Positions 1-14,225 of a stretch of 64,000 nucleotides of DNA are shown one piece after another (the first letter of the stretch is position 1; every line of letters begins with the position of its first letter). Below the pieces are notes generated by a model. The model saw nothing but the letters and a program-made list of their open reading frames with translations, made no database searches and was not told the DNA's origin. The DNA is from Nymphaea colorata (taxonomy: Eukaryota): NCBI RefSeq assembly GCF_008831285.2, contig NC_045138.2, positions 41,354,001 through 41,418,000 on the forward strand, read 5' to 3'. The position numbers were made by a program, and so were the translations under genes.

Positions 1-162
1 TTTCACATCCAAAGAAGAATAAAAAATAAGGTGGAAAAAATTAAATCAAAGTAAAATTAAGCAGTTTGGATCTATAGGTACCCAAGTGTCAAAGTACCCA
101 TTTTGGGTACGGGTACGGCGACACGGGTACGTGGACCTTATTGAAGTACCCATGTGACTTAG
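1..162. mobile_element. Right end of a MITE-like repeat rich in GGGTAC/GTACCC
   Basis: Ends GTACCCATGTGACTTAG; its reverse complement CTAAGTCACATGGGTAC resembles CTAAGCCACATGGGTTC at 40936, suggesting a dispersed family. Confidence 0.4.
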
Positions 163-1152
163 TTGGCAGTATATGTTCATCCCATGCTTCATCAAACGTA
201 GAGGAACATGTGTGGCACCTAATGACCTGCTTAAATTCCTTTGTTTTAGAACTATGAGTGGTCATCATATGGGATTTTAGTGACAAGAGGCTGGTGAAAC
301 ATTGAGGTTGAAGCCGATGAATCACAAGCAAAAGTGCCAAGAATACATTGGATCCTAATATCCGTGGTTATAAACTGTGCACTGAAAAATCATTGAATTG
401 TTAGGGTGATACCCTCGCATCCCATTGTTTTCTTTGATCGGACTCTTTCCACCAGCTTGACAATGGATAAGGTCCTTGTGGTTTAAGAGCCTGAATTTAT
501 ACACAATTCAGAAACCTTTTCCATGTGTTGGTTAGGTACCTAGCATTTGCTATAACAGAGCAATTTTCACATTTTGAGTTCCAGTCCTTGAAGAGGCAAT
601 CTTAGAAAAGAGTGATGGTCGCAGATGACTACCTAATGATGTTGAATGGACCATGGTGGAGATCTATCATCTATGTTAAGGGTCTAAGTTCTAACACTAC
701 CCATAAGAGTTAGTATTTAGTTAGTTTTCTAATGACCAACACATAATTGTATTAGGTAATCTTACACTTGCAAGGTCCAATATAGGTGTGCTTCCATGCA
801 CATCTCTGTTAGTACATATATATACACATGTAAATAGCAACACTGTAAGAACCTTTTGATTTCTTCTGTTATGTTTTGCTATTTTGGCAGTTGTCACTGT
901 CGTCATCTTCTATATGTCCCAATAAAGGATTCAAAGCTACACAGTTGTCTTTTTGGAGTTAGCAAGGATGCTGTTCCGTGAGAAATTGTTTGTGGGTTTT
1001 TTGCTTGGTCAGTTGGGACATGAATGTTTACTGTATTAATAGCTATCCTGCAGACTGCTGATCATTTAACCTTGCAGTTCAATGATTTTTCTTCTTGCTT
1101 CAATTGTGTATTTTGCATGTAATGTTGAAAACAGTCTTGTTGATTGTGACAG

Positions 1153-4029
1153 TATGTTGACGAGACAGAAGAAATGGCTATGAGCGGCCTGAAGAAGAAC
1201 CAGCATATTCTGGACAGAATTGCAAAGGAATTGCTGGAAAGATCAAAGCTTACTGGACTGGTACTTCCAGTGCCTTTTTTCTTCACAAGTTGTGTTCTTA
1301 TTTCGAGAACTACTGAGGCATCCAGTATCCAGGACTTGTACACTTTAAACATGGAAAATATGAGTCTGTCGTTTTTCCTACAATATGAAATTCTTGCCTG
1401 CAAGTTCTCATAGATTGGGTTTGAATCTTGCCTGACATGGATATTTTGTGTTTCTTGTTAATTTCCCTGCCATTGTAAGCACATTTTAGGTGAATTAACA
1501 TAGATGGGGTTAAAAGCAGGTTTGAATCACAAAAGATCAAGTTTAAACAATGAACTTGATAACTAAACATAAGAATAATTTACTCACAAGTCAACGGAGG
1601 CATAACTTAAGAAAAATGAGGTTTTTATTAAGGGTAGAACTAAAATGCTCACAGAAGCATTAGGCAAGATGAGGAAACCCCTCGTATATATATATACAAC
1701 TCAGTTCTCGTGAAAGGTCAAAATTGACCAGTAACTGAGATACATGGTCAAGTAAAAATAAAATAAAACAAAATAATACAGAAGATAAAATGAAAACTAA
1801 ATTACATATTTAACCTGCATACAAAACATATTTACATGATCTACATATATACAAAACATCTATGTTCATGCAGCAATATCTATACATGTGTATTAGCAAT
1901 GTATTTAATAATAACTAATAGCGTAATGGTGTTTTTACTTTATTTTCTTACACCTCAGATAAATTGAAATACATGGTTATTTAGCGATGATTTGTTGTTG
2001 CCGTTGGGCCAACAAGTTGATTCCTGGATAGGCTTCGTTTAATCTATTCTTAGATTCATAGGCGTGCTTTCTAAACTATTTGAACAAAGAGAACATGTTA
2101 GTTATCCCTGGGCCACAACTTCTGATATGTGCTTGTCTTTGTAACATGTTTTAGACATGGACAGGTCTCTTTCTATATTCACCTCTGGTAGTTTAGCACC
2201 ACGTGGTTTTGCATGAAAGAAAAATGACCATCATGATTTTTCCTGGAACATGCTTGTAATAATGTGATATTGCAAAGCATTGTGAAAGCCACATTAGAAG
2301 AAAAATAAATTATATGCTAGGACTCAATGTATTAAAACAAGGGACCAATGTTGGGCTTTCTCCAAACTCAGGCATCACTTCATCAACAGCCTTCTTTCTA
2401 GAACATGTGCCAATCTTCTGCTTCAGCTCACAGGATTTTCTTTGCATCTTATCCATTTTAAAATGATGAGGAAAGAGTGTCTCTTTATAGCCTTCCATAA
2501 TCTTATTCTGGTATCTATGGTTATAAATTTTGCCTTTCCTGCTAGTGCATATTATTCAGTTATAGTGGATTTTGCATTTTACCCAAACACTACTCGGCGA
2601 TCGAACCACAGAAATTGTTTCAGTGACTTGGTTTCTGCACAGAATTAAATATGATTAGACTCGGGTGACTTGATTGATGTTATAATTGATATCGCCTATT
2701 TTTTGGCAATCATGTAGGAAGTTGATGAAATGATGAAAGACATGAACCCAGAAATGTTTGATGACTTCATGATGCCTTACCAGATTGACTTGGAAGAGGT
2801 ACCTTTTCTGTAGTTTTTTCAACAAAAGGTTGCTTTACATGTTGAGTTTTTATTGTTGATCCTGCTAATAGCTGTCGTAAAACTTAGCAGTGGACCAGTT
2901 CTTTGACTGGGTTGAGCTACACCCAGGTGCAGACCTGTCCTATTCAAATATAAACCACATCAAAAAGATTTAATGTATCATGTGCAAGTCATATAAGTTC
3001 TAATTGTTAAAGGTCTGAACAAGGTACAGTACCATGTCTAACTACTTCAAAAGAATGATAGATGGAATCATTGTTACCAATATCTCCAAACTTTTCAAAA
3101 TGTCCTGATATTAGTTTCATTTCACAGCCAGCCCAACTATATTGGTAAAATATCGTAAACTGGGAAAAAGTTATGCAGCTCAATGTGTCATGATATTTTG
3201 CAAGTTTCTTAAAAAAAGTTCCCTTTTATATATTTCAAATGTATACTTTTATATTTTTGTTTCTTTCTACAATATCACAATGGTTTATAATTTTGCGAGA
3301 ACAAAGTTATAAAATCTGTTAGTTGGTAAGTCTCTCTTGTTCCTTCTATTTTTCAATCTAAGTTTTAATGGGGAAATGTGAATTTCAATGTTGAGAAATT
3401 GCTGGGGTCGGTTACTACTCTTGTAAGTTTCTGTGGCTTAACTCTGAACTTGTGTAGCTTCATTACTTGAAAATATGACTTGGAACTTTGTGGTTGCATT
3501 CTGAAGAAAAAAGTTCACCTTTTTATCAAAAAATTTTTAGTGCAACATAAAATTTCAGTTATCTTGAAGTACATCAGAATGTGAGCCCAATTCTTTTCCT
3601 TTCTTTCCCTGCTAAGCTTGCTTGATTCCGTACGTTGGTAAGTTCCAAGTTCCAACACTGCAAGCACCTGAAACACACTATTATTTAATAGCTAGGTAGT
3701 GTGATCAGGCTGACACAGTTAGGATTTATAATAGTTGGATTTATAATTTTCTAGAAGAAAGACTCTATAAAATGACGTGTTAACATTTCATCGACAGTGC
3801 ATGAGCTTCATCATGTATTTGGGATGCTTGTTTCTCGGCATGTGTGACTTACATGGCTGGAACTATTTAATAGCTGTAGGGACAGACTTTGGTCGTTTTC
3901 CTGGTGTTGCTAGCCACAGAACTTTTAAAAGACAATGTACTAATGTTGCAGGAGGGTCCACTGCCAAAGAATGACAAGTTGCGGTATGAACCATTGGTTC
4001 TATATCCTGCGCCCCTGCATCGGTGTTAA
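1153..4029 (+). CDS. FTSH12: ATP-dependent zinc metalloprotease FtsH12 (chloroplast), last three exons; 5' part lies upstream of the window
   Basis: Phase-0 GT-AG exons 1153-1260, 2718-2798 and 3952-4029 join to YVDETEEMAMSGLKKNQHILDRIAKELLERSKLTGL-EVDEMMKDMNPEMFDDFMMPYQIDLEE-EGPLPKNDKLRYEPLVLYPAPLHRC*. This matches the plant FtsH12 C-terminus (..APLHR) as I recall it. Confidence 0.85.
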
Positions 4030-4373
4030 AGAGTACGTAATGACAGAAACAGAGCAATCTTTGCAATCCCATGGCCATGATGGTTGCAGTAGATGTACAT
4101 AATGGTCGCTGCTTGTAATAGCTGATGTTGGCACTCCACGATTCATGGTCATTGGTCGACCTTCAGATGCATACTGAAGGTCTCTGGAAGGTTGAGTGCT
4201 CATCTCGGCCCAAAAAGGATGACTGGTTGGCATTCTTTCGATCAGTTTCCTGGTACAATTGTGCGCTTTTGGGCATGATCAAAATTTTCTTCGGAGGAGC
4301 TTTCAGTAGCCTCACATTTTTGTTGTATTTCCTTGCTAGTCCATTTTCTTCGGACAATTGGACTGGAGATTTT

Positions 4374-4409
<36 letters not shown>

Positions 4410-5213
4410 CATTTATCCTACATGTAGCTATGCAATTTATAATTGTCAAGTTTCCAATTTTAATAGCTTTGCCGTACTGCATATAAAATTGAAACCGTGA
4501 TGAATTAAGCACTTAAGAGTGAGGGCTCCGGATCTTTTTTCACTGACGCGACGATACGGTAGGACAGGAACCACCCATTTTGTCGAGTTAGTGGGATGGC
4601 TTACACAGTTTGCATAGTTCCCTTATAGAGAGCAAGGATGCCATCCGATTTATGTATGAAACCTAGCCTAATTCCACATCTTATGGGGCTCAAAATTTTT
4701 GAATTTTAAACTCATAGCGAGACTGATTGAAACTCTGTTGCCGACCCAACTAGATATATTCCCAGATTGGTCCTTTCAAGGTCAAATTGTGAACTATTGG
4801 ATGCATAGTCAGTATAATAGCCAATAGGCAATAATACTTGTAAAAAATTTAGGCGGAAGAACACGTGTTTCTGATGGACAGAGGAAGAACGAAATGTTCT
4901 TGACAAACCTTTCTTATAGAGTAAAAAGTTCCAAGTCCAAGAAATTGTTTCTTGGAAAAAGAAAAGACTTGAATTTTTTGCACATGCCCACGTGATTTTT
5001 CTGCAAGAAGAAAGTAAGTCGACAAGATGTCGGAAAATTGTCCTGCAAACCATTGATAAATGAGTAGGGCTTCTTACTAAGACCTTTTTTGCTACTCCTT
5101 ACAAAGAAGTTGGTAGCAAAAAGGGCATCTTGGGGTTGAGAGAAATGTTGTCCAAAAATTGATCTAATACGTTTCAAGATCAAGAAGTTGTGTTTATATT
5201 ATTTTATGCTCAC

Positions 5214-5587
5214 TAGTTTGCATTCACTTGAGTTCAAAGTTGGAGTGGGCTTGTAGTATAGATCAAGCAGCTCAAAGGATAGATTTGAGCAAATTATGTT
5301 CTTTTCTCAAGGTGAGAAGGGATAATCCACTACCCAGTAGATTGATGAAGCTTCCATTCAACATTTTGTCTTCTATATGGTCTGCATTCGGTGCTTCAAA
5401 GTACCACCTTTGTTGACACTTAAATAAAATTACAAAAACTGTCTTTCTACCAGCTTCCACCTCAACCTATTGCACCAAACCCCTCAGAGACTTATGTTTT
5501 CCTTTTTAAAGAAGCTGATCACTTCACTATGAACAGGAGGGAGTTACAGCTCTTCAATAAATGAATGAAACTGAGATTGAACATCTC
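5214..5587 (-). pseudogene. Decayed fragment of an unidentified intron-containing gene
   Basis: Exon-like blocks 5587-5451 (GDVQSQFHSFIEEL*LPPVHSEVISFFKKENISL*GVWCNRLRWKL) and 5381-5214 (TI*KTKC*MEASSIYWVVDYPFSP*EKNIICSNLSFELLDLYYKPTPTLNSSECKL) are joined by a 69-nt GT..TGCAG phase-0 intron and followed by a GTGAG donor. Several in-frame stops. Confidence 0.5.
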
Positions 5588-5875
5588 CTGTTCCGTTCAT
5601 GCATAGGAAGAAATGGCAAGTTAAAAACCAACATCTTGGTACGCCTCCTGCTTCGTTTTGCTTCGGTCTAGCTCTGTATGGGAAGCGAAGATCGAGATCT
5701 GCGACTACAAGCATGTAAAATTTAACTTGCGAATCGACTTGGATAAATTAACTTAAAAATATTTGAAACCACCAGGAAAGAACGTCACAATATTAAAAAG
5801 GTTATTATGTTTTCACGTAATTTCTATTTATCAGGGTTAATAATAAATCACACAAAACTATTAAAATTCAAAAGA

Positions 5876-5948
5876 CGACTCCACTGGGGATCGAACCCAG
5901 AATCTCTAGTTCCGTAGACTAGCGCCTTGTCCATTGGGCCATGGAGTC
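5876..5948 (-). tRNA. trnR-ACG: tRNA-Arg, anticodon ACG
   Basis: Reverse complement GACTCCATGGCCCAATGGACAAGGCGCTAGTCTACGGAACTAGAGATTCTGGGTTCGATCCCCAGTGGAGTCG, 73 nt. Acceptor stem GACTCCA/TGGAGTC, anticodon stem CTAGT/ACTAG around CTACGGA, T-loop TTCGATC, downstream TTTT Pol III terminator, upstream CAA motif. Confidence 0.96.
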
Positions 5949-6958
5949 TTTTAGTTGAGCACGTTTCCTACGGTGGTCAGTAAAAACTAGTTTAACGAGA
6001 GCATTAACCTTACCTTGTCGCATTTCTTGGCTCTCTTTTCTTTTCTCCTTTTTTCACGTTCTTTTGCCTAAACTAAGGACCAAAATTCTCAATTCTCCTG
6101 TCGTACAGGGTCTATCCTTTGCACATTAGATCGACTTTCCACTATCCTTGAAGTTGCATTTAAGAATTTATACTCAACGAGCGATTAACGTGTTTCGGTT
6201 TTACTTCACTAGCTGCATTATTGCCTGGCACAAAGATTGAATATCTCCAATGCTCTCATTTAAGAATTTATTCTCATTCCAATAGTTTTTGAATCAAGCA
6301 ACAATTGGAGATGTACCCAAATGAGATAATCTATCCCTTAAAAGCTATTATGCACTTAAGGCCACTTACAGTTGTATGGCCGATGATGCATATCGGTGTC
6401 ACCCTGTTTGCTGTATCGATCAGCCAAACAATACATGTCCGATACCTGTTCTGCCCAACTGAGAATTTTAGATCTTCAACTTGTTATTCGGCCAAAGAGT
6501 CGTACAAGTTTGCAGTTAATTTTTATGTTACGTGCAGATCATTTATGTGTCTGGGATGTTGCGTTCGCGATCGTTTGCAGTTTAGGAGAGTAGCACCTAA
6601 GGACATCGAAATGATGATGCATTATTAACGCGACCACTGCCCAACCAACTATTTTTTGCCCTTCATGAATGTCTACAAGCTATTAAGAAACTATCTTTAG
6701 TTATAAAATGGAAAACATAAAACTGAAATACAACATTCAATCCATATGTGTATGTATGTAAAGAGGGAAAGAGAAAAAGATAGCTAGTAGACCTTTATAT
6801 AGTACGCTTTGAAGAGAATCATTTAGGCTATACATTTCAAGGAAGTCAAATGTAAAAATTAGATTGCAAATATAAAAGACAATTTGTTTTTTCAAGAGTA
6901 TTATATATCATGAAGGGAAAAAAAACAAAAGGAAAGATGAAAATAAATGTGTTTCATG

Positions 6959-7297
6959 GAGGCTGTCTGGCAATAGTAAATCTGTAAATATGTTCCTATC
7001 CCATAAACCTGCCTAAAAACAATGCAAATTCATAAAACACTTGTTATAAATGTTATATGAATCACTCCACTTTTTTTGTGGTTGATTCATAAGACACTAT
7101 AATGTCTTACCGTTTCCAAACAACTATTGACAGTAGAAACATTTTGTGGTTGTCCTATAAATATACTCTAAAAGTTTATGACAAGTTCATGAAAAGCTTA
7201 TTTTAGAGTATCATCAATCTGCTCCAATTTTTGAGGCAAATAAATTGGGGCGGATTCATCGGACAGTAACATTGTGTTATTATTGTCGAAAGACCCC
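6959..7297. mobile_element. Degenerate Tourist/PIF-Harbinger-like MITE
   Basis: Imperfect inverted ends GAGGCTGTCTGGCAATA / TATTGTCGAAAGACCCC followed by TTA; the subterminal GGACAGTAACA resembles the element at 53514-53674. Confidence 0.4.
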
Positions 7298-10200
7298 TTA
7301 AAAAATGTTGGGCATTAGGTAGGGCGGGCTGGCCCAAGGCTCCACAAAGCTGGGCTCTTGTAGGCAGCTCAAGACCTTCTCCCCTTAATTATCGAGTCGG
7401 ACCCAATCGTCAATTTTATATCTGTCAAGTACCCAGTTCGATGCCCACTTACATTTGAAACCCTTAATATTTCACTTTTTAATATCTCAAACACTGTTTG
7501 AGATGTGCCAATAATTTCTAAAGAACCATTGGTGACACAAGAAGAGTTTCTAAAGGCGTCATCGGTAATGTGCCAAGTGTTTCTATGAGCCAATTGCCTA
7601 CATTATTCCGAAGAATATATATATATATATAAACCAAAATAAAAATTTAGTGAAATGAGTTTTAAATACACATGTCGGCCGAGTAGGCCCACCAATACCG
7701 AGTCAGGCCAGCTCGACCCGGTGATTTTTTCTTTTAATCAGGTTGGTTCATGTTGCAAATAACCAGCCCAAACCCAATGGGAATACTGCTCATCGAATAC
7801 CCAAGCCATTGCCAACTCTTCCTTATGTCCTTTTAAGAGCCATCAATTTTTCTGACCTTTTAAAAAATCTTGAAAGTTAAATAATAGTTGATTAAAAAAA
7901 AAAAAAAAAATCTTGGTAGGCCACTGTATAGATGTAACTTCTTGTTCTATGAATCACAACCATAGATCGGTTTTGGAGATAAGTTCCACTACTGCGTCAA
8001 CGAAACTTGTTTCCACGAACCAGCTTGCCTTGTACATGCATGGTTCGTGTTATTAGGGGCATAAATATATATTTGAAGAAAAAAAAAATGCCATTAGTAA
8101 AGATATAATACAAGTTTTTCATACACATACATATGTTTTTCTATTTGTATAGCCATAAATTTTATACTTATCAATATTTTTCTAACATTTTCTGAGTTGA
8201 AAAATACAATTTTCGGGGTTCCGACGGTTGCGATAAAAAAAGAAAGCAAGTTAGGTGGGTTTTGAATATACAACCTTCAATTCAACTCAATCATTTAAAG
8301 AAAATAATTAACAGCCAATGGCTTCCGTGCCAATAAATGAAAATCGCTAATCAAGCATAAATATAGTATAAAAATCTAAATCTTAATATTTAAATAAAAA
8401 TTATACTTTTGGCAATAAATAAAAAGGATAAATGTACAGCCAGCACAAAAGAATTGACTTATCCGCACCAACACTAGAAAATGAATTCAAGTGTTTTTTT
8501 TTTATATATAAAATGTATACTCGACTGAGAGTACTAAAAAGATACTTACACCTTTTTATACCAAAGGTAGATAACATATACGTCCTTTTTCAGTCTTTTT
8601 ATTAATTGAATATTGGTGTTGTTATGAAGCCTAGCCGAACGAGTTCAAGTCGAGTTCTAATTGGCTCGATCCCTTGAGCAACCCACAATCAAAAGGGCTT
8701 AATTATTGTAAGCACAATACCAGTGTATTTTTTCCTTTTCTAAATTAAAAAATAGTTAAAAATGTCTAAAATTAATTAGAAATATAGAATAAAAATTTAT
8801 ATTAATTAGCATGGTATCTCGACAAGGAAGCGATTTGTAGATACCGAACACATCAGCCTACATGAACTACAGGGCTTCGAATTTAACATGGTTGAATCAC
8901 AGTTCTTTTTTTTTCCCCTTGTTTATTGGATAGAAGCTTATTTCTTTTCTCTTCTCATAAGAAAGAGAGAAGGGCGTCATTGCATTTGATTCAACATCCG
9001 AAGTTAAATTTTATCACAGGGACACTTCAATGGCTTCCGGAAACAAAATTTTATACTAAAAAAGAAAAGGAAAAAAAGTGATTGCAGTGCTTTTCTTTTT
9101 TCTTGGCTGCCAGACTTCCGGAGCTTCGGGAAAACCGATCAAAGATGAACAAAATAAATGAATAAGATCTTTTTAGCTTACGAATATGTCTCTTTATGTC
9201 AGAGTCGGATAGATCGACAGTCAAAAGACGGCTCCAAAAAGAAAGTCCACCATGAAAACTTCAGAAAGATGAAGATGGAGATTCAAGGTGGATCTCTCAG
9301 AGTGGTTAGTTCACTTACACTAAGTGGACCAATTGGCATGAAGATCGCCTCTGCAATACTAACCCTGAGTGAGCATTGAATTTTGGAAAAAGGAAAATAT
9401 GTTGGTTTTTTGTGTAATGTTTAGGTGTTCAGGATTGCCACCTTGAATAACCAAAATGTCTTTCTAAGCGTGGAAAGATCATAATATGAAAAGTGTTTTC
9501 GAAAGGATCCAAGAAAAAAAGGTCGAATTAAGGAATACCAATATGAAGCTTCTAAATATTCTAAATATGAATAAGGTGCTGTCGTAAATGCTATTTTCAG
9601 ATTAGCCCTCTCTTAACATTCAAAAAATACGATTACAATCCTCCTCATGTTGTAGTAGGGAAAACCCACTCTCTCTTTCTTGTTCAATAAAATTTTGTCT
9701 GCTTAATCCTACTAGATACACTCATATGGGGGCAAGGCTTTAATCATTAACCTACGCTATTAATCCTAAAATTTTATTTATTTATACATTCGAAGTGCTT
9801 CACTTGGGATGAATCGCCTCATTTAAAATCTAAATGACCTGAGATATCAGGTTCATAAGTTCTGAGATTTCAAACTCTTGACAAGAATATATAACTTCTA
9901 ATTTGTTTGCAAAATATTTCATGAAATTGTCTTCTATTAGTATCCTTTCTGCCTGAAATCTATGACTTCGAATGTTGTGCATTTTAGATTTACGGACTCG
10001 AATCTACAATTTGTTGAAACCATCAACTTAAATTGGACTCCACATAAAATAAGATCTTCAGGTTTGTCATAGGACTAATTGACTGCTCCTACTTATGATT
10101 TTTCATTCATATACCTCTTCAGACAGAAAACTAAATGAATCAGGTTGATTTTTTTATTTATAAACCTCATGGAACCGAAAGCTCTTTAGATGAATCAGTG

Positions 10201-10308
10201 TCATGTGGGTTTGGAACTCGACCAAATTAAAAAGATCCAGTTTCACTTCAATCATTTTAAAGGAAAGGCGGCGAATATTCCACCAACCAGCATGTTAATA
10301 ATTAACAC

Positions 10309-10312
<4 letters not shown>

Positions 10313-10383
<71 letters not shown>
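10313..10383. repeat. Compound (TA)n(GA)n microsatellite just upstream of NIPA
   Basis: Read directly from the sequence. Confidence 0.95.
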
Positions 10384-10385
<2 letters not shown>

Positions 10386-10498
10386 CCAAGGTATTTTATT
10401 GCCTCAATGAGTACGCAGACAATAGGAGGGGGAGACCGAGCGGGGGCAAGAATTTTCTAAGGGGATGAAGGTGTGCAGAAGGATCACACTGAATCGGC

Positions 10499-13400
10499 AT
10501 GTCTGTGTCCACAGATAATCTCAAAGGCTTCACTTTGGCCCTTCTCTCTAGTGGGTTCATTGGCGCAAGCTTCATCATCAAGAAGAAGGGTCTCAGGCGG
10601 GCAGCCGCTTCCGGTGTCCGAGCAGGTGGGTGCTCTCCATTTAGGATCTTCTCGAATCTCTGGATTCGGATTGTATCTGATTTTCTATTGATTGAGAGTC
10701 TTATTTTTGGCATGGTTGTTGCAGGTGTTGGTGGCTACTCCTATCTTCTAGAGCCTCTATGGTGGGTGGGCATGATCACAAGTAAGCTTCTTTTTTTCCT
10801 GTTTATTATTTCGATTGGAAAGCTTCTGTTTTCCTGTTTATTATTTCGATTGGATTAAAATAATGGGCTTTTACGGCACTTTTGCTGTTGCTCTCTCTTG
10901 GTTTTGTATGCATTAATTGGTAATTGTTGGATACTCTAGTTCAAAAGCTTTGGGTATTATTTTAATGGTTGTTCTCCATTTTGTTGGTTACGTTTCTTTC
11001 TTCTGTCTTTGGCTTGACGCATTCAATTGGGGTTCTTCCTCGGATATAGTTAGCAATTTCGTCGGTCCTCCAATCTTAGTTCATTTATGTCTGTTAGCGG
11101 TTTTGATGCTTTGTAGCCTTCATTAAAAGCCTTTGATTAATTGTATCTCTTCCTTTTGGGTATTTATCTAGTGATTGTGGGGGAGGTGGCAAATTTTGTT
11201 GCATATGCTTTTGCTCCTGCAGTTTTAGTGACTCCACTTGGTGCACTAAGTATAATAGTAAGGTAATAGAGTTGCTTCTTTTCTTTTATTATATTTCCTC
11301 TTGCTATAACTTCTATATCTTTATGGAATAGTGCGGTGATGGCTCACTTTATTCTGAACGAGAGGCTGCATCCTTTAGGCGTGCTAGGATGTGTAATGTG
11401 CATCGCTGGTTCTGTGATAATTGTCATTCATGCACCACAAGAGCGCGCAATTAGTTCTGTCCAGGAAATATGGATCATGGCGACCCAGCCTGGTTTGCAA
11501 CACCTTGTGACCTTATTTTTCTTCAGTCTTGGTTGCTCATGGAAAGACTAAATCTGACTTCTTGTTCTTGGTTTCAGCTTTTCTGCTTTACGTTGCATCT
11601 GTGATTGTGTTGGTCCTGGTACTAATCTTCCATTTTGCACCTCATTGTGGCAATACAAATGTGTTGGTGTTCACAGGGATTTGTTCACTCATGGGCTCTC
11701 TGTCGGTATAACTCGGTTAACTAAACTTCGTTACTTTTAACATCTTTATGGCATCTGCATAACTCATTGGTTCCTTCTTTATGTCTACATGCAGGTGATG
11801 AGTGTCAAAGCTCTTGGAACTTCACTGAAGCTAACCTTTGAGGGTTCCAACCAATTGATTTATCCAGAGACATGGTTCTTCATGACAGTTGTTTTTACAT
11901 GTGTCCTCATGCAAATGAATTACCTTAATAAGGTTAGACACTAGCTTCAACATCATGGCTCCCATTCGCCAGATATCTTTTCCATTCTGCTCGATAATTT
12001 CTTGTAGATTATCTTAGTGCTTAGGGGAAATCATAGCTGTTGTCTTCAGAAACTGAGAAACCAGAATCTGAGCCCTAAAATCCATATGTACCTTGATCAA
12101 TGCATAGTGAACTGCCATTTTTTTCTATCCAGACTTGTTCTATATATGTAAGTTTTCCCCTTTTCTTTAATTTGTCATGTTCTACCTGCTAAAACAAGGA
12201 TGCAGTGAATGATCAGGAGATAGAACAAGTGAATGAATGTGCTGGCAAGCTAACAAGGGTCACCACTCCCAGGAAGTACGATTGATACAAGAGGGGGATA
12301 GGATAGAGATGTCCTTTGTGAGCTTTTCTCAATCAATCACGTCACACCATCATATACACCTCTTGCTCTCTCTTTATTATTTGAGCTAGCGTCCTCATTT
12401 GATACTTGATAGATATCTCTATCTTAATTGCTTGGACTAGCACCCTCATTCTATTGATATAGGAATCTTTTGGGCCAGCATGCTCACTCAATTGCTATAG
12501 AAATCATTTGGAGCCCATGCTCCCTCACTTGCTTTCTCTATCTTAATCCATTGCTTACCTGAAGTCACTTACACTCCCTTCACAAATTTTGAAGTGAAAA
12601 TCTTGGTCTTTACCTTCTTGATTGGTATCTAATTTTGAAAAATCATGCTACTAGGCAAAATTTTGTGTTTTATGTCATAGATATGGTATTATGGATACAT
12701 GATGGAGTCAATGCATGACATGTGATTGCCTTATAGATCTAAGGGCTTCCTGTGTACGAACATAGCTCTTTCCTGCATTGGCAAGAGTTGTTGCGTTGCT
12801 AATTAAGCAATAACCAATGTTTTCAAAGTCTAGAAGATTATATAGGTGTTCTCTACTTGGCTTCTTATGTTGCTTCCAAGTTCCAACTAGTAAAGAAATG
12901 TATGGACAGCATTTGTGTGACACAGTAACTCGATCTGCATGACCAAAAGTAAATTGTTTCCTAGTTAATCATTGGGTCTAATTTTTCGTTGAAATCTGCC
13001 AATTTTTCAAGTAATTGCATACAAAACAAGTTAAGATATTCATACTTCTTTGTGTGCAAGCATTTTATTTTAGTTTTATGAAGTAGAATTTTTTAAAATG
13101 AAGTATTTTCTCTTCGTGAAAAGTGGAGCTGAACACATTAGTACTTTGGAAAAATTGAAGGTTGTGTTCTATTCATGCGTTCAGCTTTACTCAATATCTT
13201 AATTGGTCTAGGAATCATTTGTTTGACTGCCATATCTGGTGGACTAAATTCATGCAAAATAAAAATGACACACCAATACCACCTGTCCTGAGAAAAAAAA
13301 AAATGTCTCCATTGCAAATGCTACATGGGCAAACTTATTTGCTTTATGGATAGTATGTGAAATCAATACAGTTACTGCTGATAATTTACTTATGTATGAT

Positions 13401-14225
13401 ATTGCTTCCTTCGGTTTATACTATTTTCATGGATAGAAATAAGTTATTTTTCTAGCTTTAACATGTGTTTATGTTTACTTAATTTTCAGGCTCTTGACAC
13501 CTTTAACACAGCAGTGGTGTCTCCAATATATTATGTGATGTTTACAACTCTCACCATTCTTGCAAGTGTCATAATGTTCAAGGTATATTTTTGGTTTCTC
13601 TGCTTACCAGTGATCACGAAGGCAGCTTTTAGATGTTTCCTTTTGTGGCATCATCTTTGCTACTTATTTCTGCAACAAAGCCTTTAATTTGTCTTTTTAT
13701 GTGACTGTCAATGCCAGCGGAAGGGTCCATTTCATGCTTAAGTTTTGTGCTGAACTTGCCTTTGGCTGGATGGCATGAATTTGGCTTTGAAAGCAAAGTC
13801 CGGATGCGAGATATCTAATTTGTGATCTAGTTTCTAAATCTACAATACTCCATGCAGCATCATACCTTCCAGTAACAGTGCCTATATTGGTTCTTATTCT
13901 TTTATTGCTTGTTCAGGATTGGGATGGCCAGAGTGGAGGAAAGATAATCTCTGAGATATGTGGATTTGTTGTTGTGCTATCAGGCACAGTTTTACTGCAT
14001 CTCACCATTGATAGGAATTCCTCAATAAGTGTGTATTGCAGTTTCCATTATTTGCATAAATCATCAGCCTTTTCTTCTTAAGCAGGAAACTCATGCACTT
14101 TTTCCCGCACAGATTATGCACCACTGTCTCCATCTTTGTCAGCATGTCTCAGTCATGGGAATGGTGAAATGATGAAATATACTGATGATGAAGAGGGTGT
14201 ATCTGGGAGACAGGAGCTGTACTAG
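10499..14225 (+). CDS. NIPA: NIPA-family probable magnesium transporter, 9 exons
   Basis: Exons 10499-10625, 10725-10781, 11172-11262, 11332-11492, 11578-11705, 11795-11932, 13490-13582, 13917-14028, 14113-14225, all GT-AG with compatible phases. Motifs: [84 protein letters not shown]. The last donor is least certain. Confidence 0.93.

Noticed and set aside
290..690. Possible LINE ORF1 remnant (..MLNGPW..) in the FtsH12 intron
   Set aside because: A single short motif among stops; too weak to call.
2310..2498. Coding-like minus-strand ORF in an FtsH12 intron
   Set aside because: Short, no recognisable domain and no partner exons.
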